Shown here: in pieces, positions 28,490-37,653 of the stretch
How the letters are laid out: each line of letters begins with the position of its first letter
How positions within the stretch are numbered: the stretch's first letter is position 1
The notes under the pieces: generated by a model
Told to the model about the DNA's origin: nothing
Database searches by the model: none
What the model saw: the letters and a program-made list of their open reading frames with translations, nothing else
Virus record (IMG/VR): IMGVR_UViG_3300035670_000272
Location: 1 to 54,356 of that record
DNA: 54,356 nt
Reading direction: 5' to 3' (one strand)
Source: a virus
Lineage: Duplodnaviria; Caudoviricetes
Position numbers and translations under genes: made by a program

Positions 28490-28946
28490 TGTAATAACGG
28501 ATGTAGGGATTCCAGATCCAGTTCTGGTGCTGCCAGGAAGACCACGATCCATAATGCGAAGTATCCAGTCCACGACCATCACTTGTCAGCCCCCAAGGAC
28601 GCCAGTAAGTACCCCTCTTGCTCATGTATTTGTAGACGATCTCGGACTGCCGCACGGGTGTCAGCATCGCGGCACGCGACCACCATCTGTTATGCGAGTG
28701 AGCCGATGTCTGGATCTGCCAAATACCTAACGCTCCGCTGAACCACGGACTGCTTTCGGTAAGGTTCTGGCCTTTGCTTTCCCGCATGACGATCCCGTAT
28801 GCGATACGCAGATTGTTTCCCGTGAAACCTGCCTTTTGAAGTACCTTCACGGTGCGGCACTCCCCGGCTTGCGATGCTGGCGCGAGAACGAACCAGCCGA
28901 ACATGAAACCTAACGTGAACGTGATAACGAGTATCGCGCGCTTCAC
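28461..28946 (-). CDS. Secreted lytic transglycosylase-like (SLT/Rpf-like) protein
   Basis: N-terminal signal/TM; MRESKG...ALGIWQI...WRPW. Confidence 0.7.
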   Translation of the reverse strand: MKRAILVITFTLGFMFGWFVLAPASQAGECRTVKVLQKAGFTGNNLRIAYGIVMRESKGQNLTESSPWFSGALGIWQIQTSAHSHNRWWSRAAMLTPVRQSEIVYKYMSKRGTYWRPWGLTSDGRGLDTSHYGSWSSWQHQNWIWNPYIRYYNAFPGKCIR

Positions 28947-28948
28947 GG

Positions 28949-29692
28949 TTACCTCCTAGGGTTCAGCAACTTCACTTCGAGATAACCGTCCGGTCTGCGC
29001 TTGCTGATACGCACGTACTGAGGCCATTCGCTCAGCAGATAGTGGACATCTCGCTCGTTCTCCTCTGTTCTGTCGTGATTCTGCGAACCTCCTGACCCGC
29101 TACGCATCGGAGCGGCTTTGGCGCACATCATGTCGAACCGGATTACTTCACCATCGGCGACATAACGCATGAGTGACTTCTCGTAGTCTTGCTTGTAGTT
29201 GAGGCGCATGGTCTCTGAACGCCGGTTCAGGAAACCGTGGAGGTGCCCGATGCAGAAGAGCAGTCCGCTGTTGATGCGGGGCTTCATGAAGTAAGCGTTA
29301 GCGACCGGGTAGACGCCCCACATCGTGGCACTCCCGCGAGCCATGATCCTGAACGTGTCGGCGAATGTCTTGTCGAGATCGCTGACCGTCGCTAGGTCAG
29401 ATCCGTTGAGCATCTGAACGGCGAGAATGTCGTCGTCTAGTTCCACGATGGGAGTGTTCTCGTCGTAGTAACGGTTGATGGCGTTGCGGTTATTGGCGAG
29501 CCCCGTGCCGCCTGTCTCGATCGCGCCGTACAGAGAATCGTCCACTTGGTCGCGGTACTGCTGTTCCTGCCCTGGCGTGACGAACACGCGAATCTTCTCG
29601 GCGGGTACGCCCCCATCGCGCAGGCACTTCAGCGTCCGCTCGGTTAACTGTTGTGGCCGCGCGTGGCTGACGATCGCTACCTCGTAGGTCAC
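28949..29692 (-). CDS. TET-associated glycosyltransferase (TAGT/GREB1-like)
   Basis: IVSHAR, RNAI, ELDDDI, WGVYPVANAYFM, KQDYEKSL; directly downstream of the TET/JBP gene. Confidence 0.75.
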   Translation of the reverse strand: MTYEVAIVSHARPQQLTERTLKCLRDGGVPAEKIRVFVTPGQEQQYRDQVDDSLYGAIETGGTGLANNRNAINRYYDENTPIVELDDDILAVQMLNGSDLATVSDLDKTFADTFRIMARGSATMWGVYPVANAYFMKPRINSGLLFCIGHLHGFLNRRSETMRLNYKQDYEKSLMRYVADGEVIRFDMMCAKAAPMRSGSGGSQNHDRTEENERDVHYLLSEWPQYVRISKRRPDGYLEVKLLNPRR

Positions 29693-30594
29693 TTCGCCTT
29701 TCCCGTCATTCCCTTCATCTTGCTAATGCTCTTCGCCATCTCCTCCGTAACGAACGGGCGCTCTCCGCGAATCGCAGAAGCCATGTTGTCCTCGCGCTCG
29801 GTCCGCGTCTCCTGAGCCCTGGCTGTCTCGATCGCGTAAGTGAAGCAGTCCTTCATCCCGCGCAACGCGTAATACACGACGCTGTAACGGTAGCCGTCCT
29901 TCGCGGTCTGCGTCATGGGAGTGACGCCATGAACGAGGCGGTAGCCGCAGAAGTAGAGCGCGTAACCGTCACGGGCGGCGCAAGTGACATCGTATTCGGG
30001 GATGTGCAGATACCCGCCAGTAACATTCCTGCGGAGGACCGGCATCGCCGACCATGTATCGAAGTTGAATCCGTCGCGGTGATACGGGAGGGTGCTTGTC
30101 TTGTTGATGACGCCGCTAGTCCAGAGCGCATCTTTCGCCATACGCCAGTCGTCCGCGACCTCGATAATGGTGCGCTCGTCGCGGTCGTGAACCTCCGGGA
30201 ACACCTCACGCAACTGGTCCGCCAACGCGTACGCTGTCGTGACGATAACGGTATGTGCCTCGGGCTCTTCCTGAGCGAGCGTGTAGGGGCGGCAGGAATC
30301 CCGCTGTGCGAGCGGCTTACGCGGCGACATGCCGAACGTCCGCGACACGTTAGTCATACCGCTGCCGGTGCGGACAGTCTTCCCGTACTTCACCTTCAGA
30401 ACGGCGCGACGCAGGTGACTGATCGTGTCCCGCTCCAACGGCAGATAAGCGAACACCGGCTCGTTTGTTTCCGCGTCGGCGATAACGCACGCTTCCGTTA
30501 TGTTCGGTTCGATTTCCGGTACGGTCTCGCCTAGGTACTTGTCGGCTTCTTGCTTGTCGAGTACCCGTTCACGCTTCAGGATTCGATATTCCAT
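29689..30594 (-). CDS. TET/JBP-family 2-oxoglutarate/Fe(II) dioxygenase
   Basis: HxD (YHRDGFN), distal His (VHGVTP), RxS (YRYSVVYY). Confidence 0.8.
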   Translation of the reverse strand: MEYRILKRERVLDKQEADKYLGETVPEIEPNITEACVIADAETNEPVFAYLPLERDTISHLRRAVLKVKYGKTVRTGSGMTNVSRTFGMSPRKPLAQRDSCRPYTLAQEEPEAHTVIVTTAYALADQLREVFPEVHDRDERTIIEVADDWRMAKDALWTSGVINKTSTLPYHRDGFNFDTWSAMPVLRRNVTGGYLHIPEYDVTCAARDGYALYFCGYRLVHGVTPMTQTAKDGYRYSVVYYALRGMKDCFTYAIETARAQETRTEREDNMASAIRGERPFVTEEMAKSISKMKGMTGKAK

Positions 30595-31229
30595 TCAGGA
30601 GCCTTCTCTCCGCACCAATTCTCGACTAGTAGGACGATCGCGCGGCTGTTGCTTTCGAGGTCCTGCTCCAACCGCAAGCGACCTAGCCGCTCGACCAGCC
30701 ACACGAATACGTGATTCGGGTAGTCGCTGACGAGTTGCCGCGTCGCCCTATTAGCGTAACGCTCCGCGAGGTCATCCAGCGTGAGCGAAGTTGTGACATT
30801 CGTCGGGTGCGTGATGTCTGGCTCCGCCTCCTCAACGATCGCGCGAAGGTCGTCGATCTCTGTGTCGGTGAATCCCGCTGCTTCCAGCAGGTCGTACTCG
30901 CTCAGGTCAGCGAGAATGTCGAGAAGGACTTCCTCGTCCCAAGCCGCGAGATCGCTAGTGCGGTTATCGGCGACCGCGTATGCCGCGATCTGGTCAGCCG
31001 TCCAGTCGTCAGGTACGCGCGTGATCTCAACGTCGGTCCAGCCGAGCGCGATCGCAGCCTGCAACGTTCCGTTACCAGCGATCACCGTGTCTTGATGAAC
31101 GACAAGAGGCTTCCGCTGACCAAACTGCGTGAGCGACTTCTGGATCGTTTCCAGATTCCGCTGATTGTGCTGCCGCGCGTTAGCAGGGTCCTGCTTCAGC
31201 GCCGACACCTTGATCTTCTCGATCTTCAC
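30576..31229 (-). CDS. ParB/Srx-like N-terminal domain protein
   Basis: DPANARQH...SLTQFGQRKPLVV...IAGNG...ADNRTSDLAAWD. Confidence 0.85.
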   Translation of the reverse strand: MKIEKIKVSALKQDPANARQHNQRNLETIQKSLTQFGQRKPLVVHQDTVIAGNGTLQAAIALGWTDVEITRVPDDWTADQIAAYAVADNRTSDLAAWDEEVLLDILADLSEYDLLEAAGFTDTEIDDLRAIVEEAEPDITHPTNVTTSLTLDDLAERYANRATRQLVSDYPNHVFVWLVERLGRLRLEQDLESNSRAIVLLVENWCGEKAPEWNIES

Positions 31230-31483
31230 GACTTCTCCTTACGCGCTGCCGCGAGCGCTTCGACATCTGCGCGGCGGAAGATTGTCCTGCGACCCGCTTT
31301 ACCGACAGGAATAAGTTGCTTCTTATGGACGATCTGGCGGAGATTATTCGGCGTCACCCCGAGGATGCCAGCCGCAAGGAGGCTGTCCACCGTATCGCTG
31401 ACCGCGATCGTCGGCGGTGCCGGTGGCTCGGGGAAACTGCTCGCCCCGACAGTCACGAAAGCGTTAGTAGGAAACTCGTTCAC
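31226..31483 (-). CDS. HTH DNA-binding protein (MerR/excisionase-like)
   Basis: AAGILGVTPNNLRQIV...FRRADVEAL; GTG start at 31483. Confidence 0.65.
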   Translation of the reverse strand: MNEFPTNAFVTVGASSFPEPPAPPTIAVSDTVDSLLAAGILGVTPNNLRQIVHKKQLIPVGKAGRRTIFRRADVEALAAARKEKS

Positions 31484-31860
31484 CAGGGATCTCCTTGATC
31501 GTCGTTCTGCTTCTTTGTGCTTGGCTTGTCGAGAGGCTTGGGGATAACGCCGATCGCCTCGGCGGTGACCTCGGGGATGGACCGCTTCACGCCGTCTTTC
31601 TCGAACGAGGTCATCTCGATACTGCCTGCGACGAGGACTCGCATGTCGGCGCGGATATGTTCCGCCGCTGCCTCGGCAGCCTGACGCCAGAGCGCGACGC
31701 GATACCACGACGGTTCGCCCTTGCCCCACTCGCCGTTCTTCTTCTTGCGCGGCGTGACCTTCACGGTCAGGTTGCAGACGGCATCACCGTTCGGCATGAT
31801 CCGCACCTCGGGATCTTTCTGCACGTATCCCACGAACCAGATTGTTGCTTCACCAGCCAT
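31480..31860 (-). CDS. ssb: Single-stranded DNA-binding protein
   Basis: DPEVR..PNG.AVCN..V, W..AE; acidic C-terminus DDQGDPW. Confidence 0.9.
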   Translation of the reverse strand: MAGEATIWFVGYVQKDPEVRIMPNGDAVCNLTVKVTPRKKKNGEWGKGEPSWYRVALWRQAAEAAAEHIRADMRVLVAGSIEMTSFEKDGVKRSIPEVTAEAIGVIPKPLDKPSTKKQNDDQGDPW

Positions 31861-32197
31861 GATCTCTGTCCTCTGTTATTTGGTACTCGCCCTCTGTGGT
31901 GAGAATGACGCGCGTCCCATTGGCGAGCGTAACGGGGCACGCGGCTGGGTCGTCCCATGAATGAACGAGCCAACCGTTGTCGTAACTGATGCGAGGGTTC
32001 TGGTGTACGGAGCCGGGAGCGATGTTGTGGCAGGGGGAGCAGAGCGCGATGAGGTTAGTGATCTCATCCTTGCCGCCGTGCTTACGCAGTTTCCTGTGAT
32101 GAACGGCGACGGGTTCGCTGAGAGGCTTCCCGCATTTCACGCAGTGGCGGTCGCGTGTGAATACGGCCTCCCTCAATGCCTGGTCCATTACCGTCAC
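31850..32197 (-). CDS. HNH endonuclease
   Basis: RDRHCVKC...HHR...GG...NLIALCSPCH. Confidence 0.85.
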   Translation of the reverse strand: MTVMDQALREAVFTRDRHCVKCGKPLSEPVAVHHRKLRKHGGKDEITNLIALCSPCHNIAPGSVHQNPRISYDNGWLVHSWDDPAACPVTLANGTRVILTTEGEYQITEDRDHGW

Positions 32198-32242
32198 TTA
32201 CCCCTATCGAGGAGCCAGAAGAGAGGCGTAAAGAGCAGCCGA

Positions 32243-32650
32243 TCAACGAGGATGATCAAACATTCCCTCATCGCGGTTCCCCTCTATCACGAACACCGCT
32301 CCCGGTGCCCCATACACTTTCCTCGCCGTTAGCGTAACCACTTGCGCGTCGTCCGCGAACGCCGCACCAGTCAGACCATCTAGCGCTGCTCGCGCCAGTT
32401 TGTCTACATCCGGCCTCACGTGCGGTAGTGCTCGCGGCGCACTCCTAGGCGACTGGAGCCTGAACGTCACATCGACCGTAACGGGTCCCTCTAACGGTTC
32501 CATGATCGCACGGCAGGCTTCATGGATAGCGTTACGCCACGCCGTTAGTTCCTTCGATTTCTGGTGCACGATGCGACCGCGAAAGACACTCATACTGCCT
32601 TGCGTGATCGGGGTGCCAGCGACCGAGAAACTGTAACTCGCCGCAGCCAT
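32243..32650 (-). CDS. rusA: RusA Holliday junction resolvase
   Basis: PDVDKLARAALDGL...DDAQVV. Confidence 0.9.
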   Translation of the reverse strand: MAAASYSFSVAGTPITQGSMSVFRGRIVHQKSKELTAWRNAIHEACRAIMEPLEGPVTVDVTFRLQSPRSAPRALPHVRPDVDKLARAALDGLTGAAFADDAQVVTLTARKVYGAPGAVFVIEGNRDEGMFDHPR

Positions 32651-32755
32651 AGCGATATGTTACGTTATCCTGCGCGGCGCATCAACACCAGGCACGTGAC
32701 GCATGCTCGCGCGCGGTGAACCCAGCCGCCGCAACCGGGGCACCGGGAGACCGCG

Positions 32756-33229
32756 CTATCCATCTTCGCTCATATGCCGGTGGCGGATAACGCTGAAGTC
32801 GCTCTCGGTCCTGCTGCCTGGTGGCCCGACCTTGGCGAGAACGTTCGCGAGGCTACTGCGGCATACCGGGCAGGGGCTCGTCTCGTAATCGCTGTCGAAC
32901 CAGCCCTTGAAGCACGGTTCGCTGTGGGTGCATAGGCAACCTGTTCTGCCGCAATGCCGCTCGGGTGATTGCTGCTCTCGCGCCATGCGCGCTTCGGCGG
33001 CGACGCGGCGTGCCTGCTTCCATGCGGTAACGAGTACGGCGGGAGTGACCATCGCATCGACCAGACCGTAATGCTTCTTGATCTGATCCTTCGCGAACTG
33101 GACCGTCATGCCAGGTGCCCCGGCTTCCAGTACCTCCTGCCATGCGTAGACCTTGGCTTCGTTGGGTGAGTGCCTGCCGTCTAGTTCGTTGGCGTAGATC
33201 AGCAGTCCCAGGATCTCGTCGTCTGTCAT
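32756..33229 (-). CDS. Replication-associated protein (helicase loader/inhibitor-like) with C-terminal Cys cluster
   Basis: Near the initiator; AW..VL pattern; CxxxxCxCxH..C..CPVC. Confidence 0.5.
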   Translation of the reverse strand: MTDDEILGLLIYANELDGRHSPNEAKVYAWQEVLEAGAPGMTVQFAKDQIKKHYGLVDAMVTPAVLVTAWKQARRVAAEARMAREQQSPERHCGRTGCLCTHSEPCFKGWFDSDYETSPCPVCRSSLANVLAKVGPPGSRTESDFSVIRHRHMSEDG

Positions 33230-33531
33230 GCCCTCACCCGCGCTAACGCATCACGGAGCATCTGACTGTAACGCTCGCACTCTGAGTAATTCCCGGCGTA
33301 GGGCACCACGATAGATCCGCCAGGGTTGGATGTATGCGCGGTGGCCTTCTCGTAGGCGGCATCCGCGCTGACGCAACCAGTCGCGTAAGCCCAAGTCTGG
33401 AAGGATGAGTAGTCGTACTCCACATCCCACTCCTCATCCCCATCAGGATCCACCCATGCCACGTTGTAGAACGCCATATTCCACGTTCCATCAGCGCTCT
33501 GCCACGTTACGTTCTCTCGGTTGAAACTCAT
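33226..33531 (-). CDS. Hypothetical protein
   Basis: MSFNRENVTWQSADGTW; ATGA-type overlaps on both sides. Confidence 0.6.
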   Translation of the reverse strand: MSFNRENVTWQSADGTWNMAFYNVAWVDPDGDEEWDVEYDYSSFQTWAYATGCVSADAAYEKATAHTSNPGGSIVVPYAGNYSECERYSQMLRDALARVRA

Positions 33532-33800
33532 CGGCTGCACCCCTGTCCTACGTAGCAGACGCGGTAATCGAAATGAACCCCGGTCTCGCACTTGAACTGA
33601 TCTTCGCCACAGCACTCGGCTAGGGTCTTCTCACATGAGTCCCCGCAAGGGCACATCGCTTTGGCCCTCTCATCTTCCCGCACTCGGGCGATCAGTTCGC
33701 AGGCGCAGATCGCCTGGTCGAAATGCGTATCAAGTCCGTACAGTTTCGCTGGCATGCTGCTGACGCGGCATAGCGGATCATGGTCCTCTTGTTTGTTCAT
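33528..33800 (-). CDS. Cys-rich protein (HDPLC...CxCxLIARVR family)
   Basis: DHDPLC...CACELIARVREDER. Confidence 0.6.
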   Translation of the reverse strand: MNKQEDHDPLCRVSSMPAKLYGLDTHFDQAICACELIARVREDERAKAMCPCGDSCEKTLAECCGEDQFKCETGVHFDYRVCYVGQGCSR

Positions 33801-34651
33801 GGCTGAATACCCTTCTTCGTTTGTTGGATTCGTGCGTGTATCTCGGCGTACTGATCCATGCGCCGCTGGCCCCCGACTTTCTGACCGGATCGCGACGGCA
33901 GGGGTTCGTCCTCCCATCTTCCTTGCCGCAGCCAGGTCGTCGGGTGCGGCGTGAACTGATCTTCGCGGTTCGGGTCGGCGGCGAATCGCTTGGCTGCCGC
34001 GAGCAGGGTCTCCGCATCTACGCTGGATAAGGCTTCCTTGTAGGCGGTCGCCGCTGCACGCTTCCCGACCTTGCGTGGGTAGGCCCTCCAGAAGTCCTCG
34101 AAGGTGGCGCTGTAAGCGATTCTGGCGGGTCCGGCAGGGCTGGTGAGGGGAACCGGGAGGGGCTGGTCCTCGGGCGCTTCTGAGGGCGACTCAGGGCTCC
34201 CGCTCTCGGTATCTGTTATCTCGCCGGAATCGGTCAATAGTTCTTGATCTTTAGTACTTAAGTGGGTCTTAGTTAGTGAGTCGGTTTCGTTGCATGCATA
34301 GAACGATTCGTTCCTAGGGGCATGGAACATTTCGTTCCTACCCCGAGGCTCCCAATGAACGCGGTAAAGCGAAGTCAGCCAACGGTCATCTGATGATCTC
34401 CGCTGACGCACCTCGATAGCCCCGACATCCACCAACTGCTTCCTCGCGCGATCGACGGTCGGAACCCCGACGCCGAGCAGATCAGCGAGCCGCTGACGCG
34501 ACGGGAAACAGTCACCCCGAGCGTCCGCATGTTTCCGCAGTATGAGGTAAAGCCGTATCGCTAACGCGCTCACGCGCCGATCCATGAGAAGCCAATGCGG
34601 ACACATCTCGAATGGCCCCCGATGGACTTCTACTGTGCTATCGTCTGTCAT
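33797..34651 (-). CDS. Replication initiator (N-terminal wHTH, lambda O/RepA-like)
   Basis: CFPSRQRLA..LG...TV......L...G; FEDFWRAYPRKVGK...HPTTWL...RWEDE. Confidence 0.85.
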   Translation of the reverse strand: MTDDSTVEVHRGPFEMCPHWLLMDRRVSALAIRLYLILRKHADARGDCFPSRQRLADLLGVGVPTVDRARKQLVDVGAIEVRQRRSSDDRWLTSLYRVHWEPRGRNEMFHAPRNESFYACNETDSLTKTHLSTKDQELLTDSGEITDTESGSPESPSEAPEDQPLPVPLTSPAGPARIAYSATFEDFWRAYPRKVGKRAAATAYKEALSSVDAETLLAAAKRFAADPNREDQFTPHPTTWLRQGRWEDEPLPSRSGQKVGGQRRMDQYAEIHARIQQTKKGIQP

Positions 34652-34669
34652 GCGAATACCCTTTCGTTC

Positions 34670-34711
34670 GCGTGAGCCGTCTGGAATCCCCCCGATCCGG
34701 ACGGCTCACGC
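34670..34711. promoter_or_regulatory. Long hairpin upstream of the replication initiator
   Basis: GCGTGAGCCGTCTGGA / TCCGGACGGCTCACGC 16-bp stem. Confidence 0.6.
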
Positions 34712-34724
34712 ATGTCTCGGGCGG

Positions 34725-35198
34725 TCATTCTGCCTTGAAGAGCGCGTCAGCGCCGTTCATCGTGATCCGTAAGACACGTTGCTGCCTGCCGGACGTACCA
34801 GCGCGTGTCAGCAACTCGCCATCGGCCTCGATCGGTTCGATGAGACCGGCGTTCAGGAGATCGCTGACGCGTTTGCTCGCGGCCCACGGGTCAAGGTTGG
34901 CGCGCGTCGCGGCTTCCTCGCCCGTCAGATCCGCCTTAGCGAACTCCCTCAGCAACGCATGTAGCATGGAGGACCGCTCCAGGGTCCGCGCTGCCGCCTT
35001 ACTCGTCGCTGGATCGCCCTTACGCGCGAGTTTCCCGGCATCGGGCACCCCGCTATCGGTGATCCAGCCGCGCTCCCTATCGAGCCGACAGACCTGACAG
35101 GCCGCACCGCCGCAAGCATGCGGTCGCGTGTCGATACTGGAGGTCGTGAAGAGGCCATTGAACATGCCCCCATCGCTGTTCATCCTGCGCTCGGGCAT
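34725..35198 (-). CDS. Winged-HTH DNA-binding protein
   Basis: ARKGDPATSKAAA...LTGEE...KRVSDL...GLIE. Confidence 0.7.
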   Translation of the reverse strand: MPERRMNSDGGMFNGLFTTSSIDTRPHACGGAACQVCRLDRERGWITDSGVPDAGKLARKGDPATSKAAARTLERSSMLHALLREFAKADLTGEEAATRANLDPWAASKRVSDLLNAGLIEPIEADGELLTRAGTSGRQQRVLRITMNGADALFKAE

Positions 35199-35830
35199 CC
35201 GACATCCCCCGTCCCGTCGTAATACTGGCAGTAGTCACGGCAGAACCGCTTCGGCATCTCCGGCTCGGGGATCACATCAAGGTTCTGCTCGATATCCCGT
35301 AGCCACTTCAAGCCATCTAGCGCGATACCTGCATCGTATGGCTCGCTGTGAATCTTGATGTCGAGTTCATTACCGTCTCGGGGGAGACCGACAAGGCTGA
35401 CGGTATCGACACGACGACCCGTATTCTCTAGCAGATACCCATAGATCTGTACCTGGGTGCGCTGCTGAGATGACGGGAACGCCGATGTCTTCTTCTTCGT
35501 GATCGTCTTCCAATCCACGACCTCGAAGTTCTGCGTGTCGTAGCAGTCCACGTGACCACGCATACCGCCGTACTCCACCTCCAACTCCAGCAGGTAGCGA
35601 GGGTTGAACGGGTCGTCCTTCCGCTTCAGGTTCTTCTCGATAGCGGCATGGATCGCGGTACCCATCCACGCGGCCATCCCCAACGTGTCGTGATTTGTCG
35701 GCTGAGAGCCGATGAGCCTATGCCAGATACGGCGACGGCAGCCCCCGATCTCGCTCGGGCCTACGGCTTTCTGAAGCGAACGCTTACTGCCCTTGTCGTT
35801 CACAAGGGACATAACGAATTCCTTATCCAT
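35180..35830 (-). CDS. Cas4-like PD-(D/E)XK exonuclease
   Basis: GPSEIGGC, GTAIH, GHVD, VVDWKT, QVQIYG, C..YC.Y...C. Confidence 0.85.
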   Translation of the reverse strand: MDKEFVMSLVNDKGSKRSLQKAVGPSEIGGCRRRIWHRLIGSQPTNHDTLGMAAWMGTAIHAAIEKNLKRKDDPFNPRYLLELEVEYGGMRGHVDCYDTQNFEVVDWKTITKKKTSAFPSSQQRTQVQIYGYLLENTGRRVDTVSLVGLPRDGNELDIKIHSEPYDAGIALDGLKWLRDIEQNLDVIPEPEMPKRFCRDYCQYYDGTGDVGCPSAG

Positions 35831-35928
35831 AGCGTTACCCTTTCCTGTTGTTGTCGCCGGTCATGCCTAGCCAGTAGCCAAGCGCGAACACTAGGAGCAG
35901 AAGGATGATCTCGACGAGGTTCATCCCA

Positions 35929-36297
35929 TCACCCCATATCCATCGCGGCACGAACCGCAGTACCGACGCTGCGAGCAATGTCGATCTGCACCTTGATCCG
36001 GTTCACGTTACTGCGAGCGACCCGCACCATCGCGTCCGCAGCGCAGAACGCGACGTACTGCAACTCGCAGAGGATCAAAGCCTCGTCCTCGATCTCCTGA
36101 ACAGTCATCTTCCTGCCGGACTCGTTCGCCCTAGCCCGAACGGAGAAGCGCGTCTTCGCCACCTCCAGATCCCATTCGGGCTTCGTCTTGCCGTAGTCAG
36201 TCTCGGCTGTCTCCAGTTTGGCGTGCGCTTCATCTAGTTCCTTGCTGAGCGAGATCAGTTTGTTCTCGACATCGGCAGGGGTCACCAACTTGTTCAT
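35929..36297 (-). CDS. Coiled-coil hypothetical protein in the recombination module
   Basis: Helical 122-aa ORF between the glycosylase and the exonuclease. Confidence 0.6.
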   Translation of the reverse strand: MNKLVTPADVENKLISLSKELDEAHAKLETAETDYGKTKPEWDLEVAKTRFSVRARANESGRKMTVQEIEDEALILCELQYVAFCAADAMVRVARSNVNRIKVQIDIARSVGTAVRAAMDMG

Positions 36298-36725
36298 ACC
36301 GTTACCTTTCCGGGCCAGTAGTACGGAAGATCGTCGGGCACATCGGGCCAGATCGGACCGTAGTAGTGAGGCATCTTCCGAATCAGATTGCTGCGATGGC
36401 TGCGGATAAGGTCATCCCCTGAGTCGCCGTACAGCCAGTCAGGACGCGGCGCTAACTTCTCCTTGTGGTAATTGAACTGCATGAGGAGCGTGTCCTTGTA
36501 GCCACGCGACCGCCACTCACGGCACATCGCGATACCGTAATCGACGAGCGAGGCTTCGTAGCCTGCCCACATCTTCACGGCGGGATGATGCCGCCAGCCG
36601 TCCGTGATACCAACGAGCGTGCGATAGATCTGCCACGCTTCGACGCGTTGCTTCCCGAGCCGCTGCCGGTCCAGGCTCAACGCGCACTTCCAGTAGTCAG
36701 CCCCGTAGGGCAGGAACGTTTGCAT
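36294..36725 (-). CDS. Pyrimidine-dimer DNA glycosylase family (MSMEG_6728-like)
   Basis: MQTFLPY...LDRQRLGKQRVEAWQI...GWRHHPAVKMW...SHRSNL. Confidence 0.85.
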   Translation of the reverse strand: MQTFLPYGADYWKCALSLDRQRLGKQRVEAWQIYRTLVGITDGWRHHPAVKMWAGYEASLVDYGIAMCREWRSRGYKDTLLMQFNYHKEKLAPRPDWLYGDSGDDLIRSHRSNLIRKMPHYYGPIWPDVPDDLPYYWPGKVTV

Positions 36726-36744
36726 AGCGATACCCTTCTGTCGG

Positions 36745-37455
36745 TTACTCAGTCTCTCCGTCGATGATGGAGAGGCGATCAAGGATGATGAGGCGGAGTG
36801 TTGCCCCGGCATCGGCGCTCTCGACTGGATCGTCGAGACAGCCTGCATCTGTGGCCGTATCCCAGATGCTCTTCAACTCGTCGCGGTCAAGCGAAACGGA
36901 AGCGGCCTCAACCCATTGGGACAGGATCTCTTGCCGCGCGGCGTCGGGCTGCGTTGCCGCAGGCTCTTTCTCGTCCTCGTAATCCAGCGGAGGTACGAGC
37001 GTAGCCTTCACGACATCGTTACGGTTCCCGTCGTCGTACAGCGAGAGCCCGAACTGCGTACCCAGGTTGATCGCGGCACGCTTCAACGCGTCAGACTCGG
37101 CAGTCTTCACGGCCATATCGTGCGCCTCTCCACGGGACGGCTGAGTTGATGAACCGATAGCCGCTTCCGTGTAGGTCGTGTCCCCAAGGAAGTCGTCGAA
37201 CGCGTGGATGCGTAGCCGCATGATGACCTTGTAGCCAACATTCCAGCGACCGTTCTCATCCTTCTCCTCGAACATGAGATCCGCAGAGATAACGTCGGCG
37301 GACCAATTCCCGAATCCGAAGATACGGATGAGGTGAGCCTTCACATCCCAAGCCTCCAGATAGGAGAGGCTGATGCCGGACTGCTTCCGGCTCTGGATGC
37401 GCGAGACATTGAGCGGCTTCAGTAGTTGCGCGTACTGCTCGGCCGTCAGTTTCAT
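36745..37455 (-). CDS. Rad52/Sak-like single-strand annealing protein
   Basis: LSYLEA, IFGFGNWS, A.KTAESDALKRAA...G..FGL.LYD. Confidence 0.85.
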   Translation of the reverse strand: MKLTAEQYAQLLKPLNVSRIQSRKQSGISLSYLEAWDVKAHLIRIFGFGNWSADVISADLMFEEKDENGRWNVGYKVIMRLRIHAFDDFLGDTTYTEAAIGSSTQPSRGEAHDMAVKTAESDALKRAAINLGTQFGLSLYDDGNRNDVVKATLVPPLDYEDEKEPAATQPDAARQEILSQWVEAASVSLDRDELKSIWDTATDAGCLDDPVESADAGATLRLIILDRLSIIDGETE

Positions 37456-37461
37456 GGTGCG

Positions 37462-37653
37462 TTACCCTTCCTTCGTCCGGTGACCGGGGATCGGTCGCCA
37501 TGCGTTGAGCGTGCTGAACTTCCAGACCGGCGTTCTGCCGACCTGAAGATCGGGCGGCGGCATCTGACCCCTCGCCTTGTATGAAGTGATCGTCTTCTCC
37601 GTGATCCCGTAGGCACGGGCGATATCGCTGATCGTGAAGAAGTCCTCGCTCAC
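37462..37653 (-). CDS. AlpA/excisionase-like HTH protein
   Basis: DIARAYGI...TI..Y..RGQMPPPD..VGRTPVW. Confidence 0.75.
   Translation of the reverse strand: MSEDFFTISDIARAYGITEKTITSYKARGQMPPPDLQVGRTPVWKFSTLNAWRPIPGHRTKEG

Noticed and set aside
35180-35830. Cas4 as part of a CRISPR-Cas system
   Set aside because: It is a solo Cas4-like nuclease in a recombination module, which is common in phages, and there is no array.
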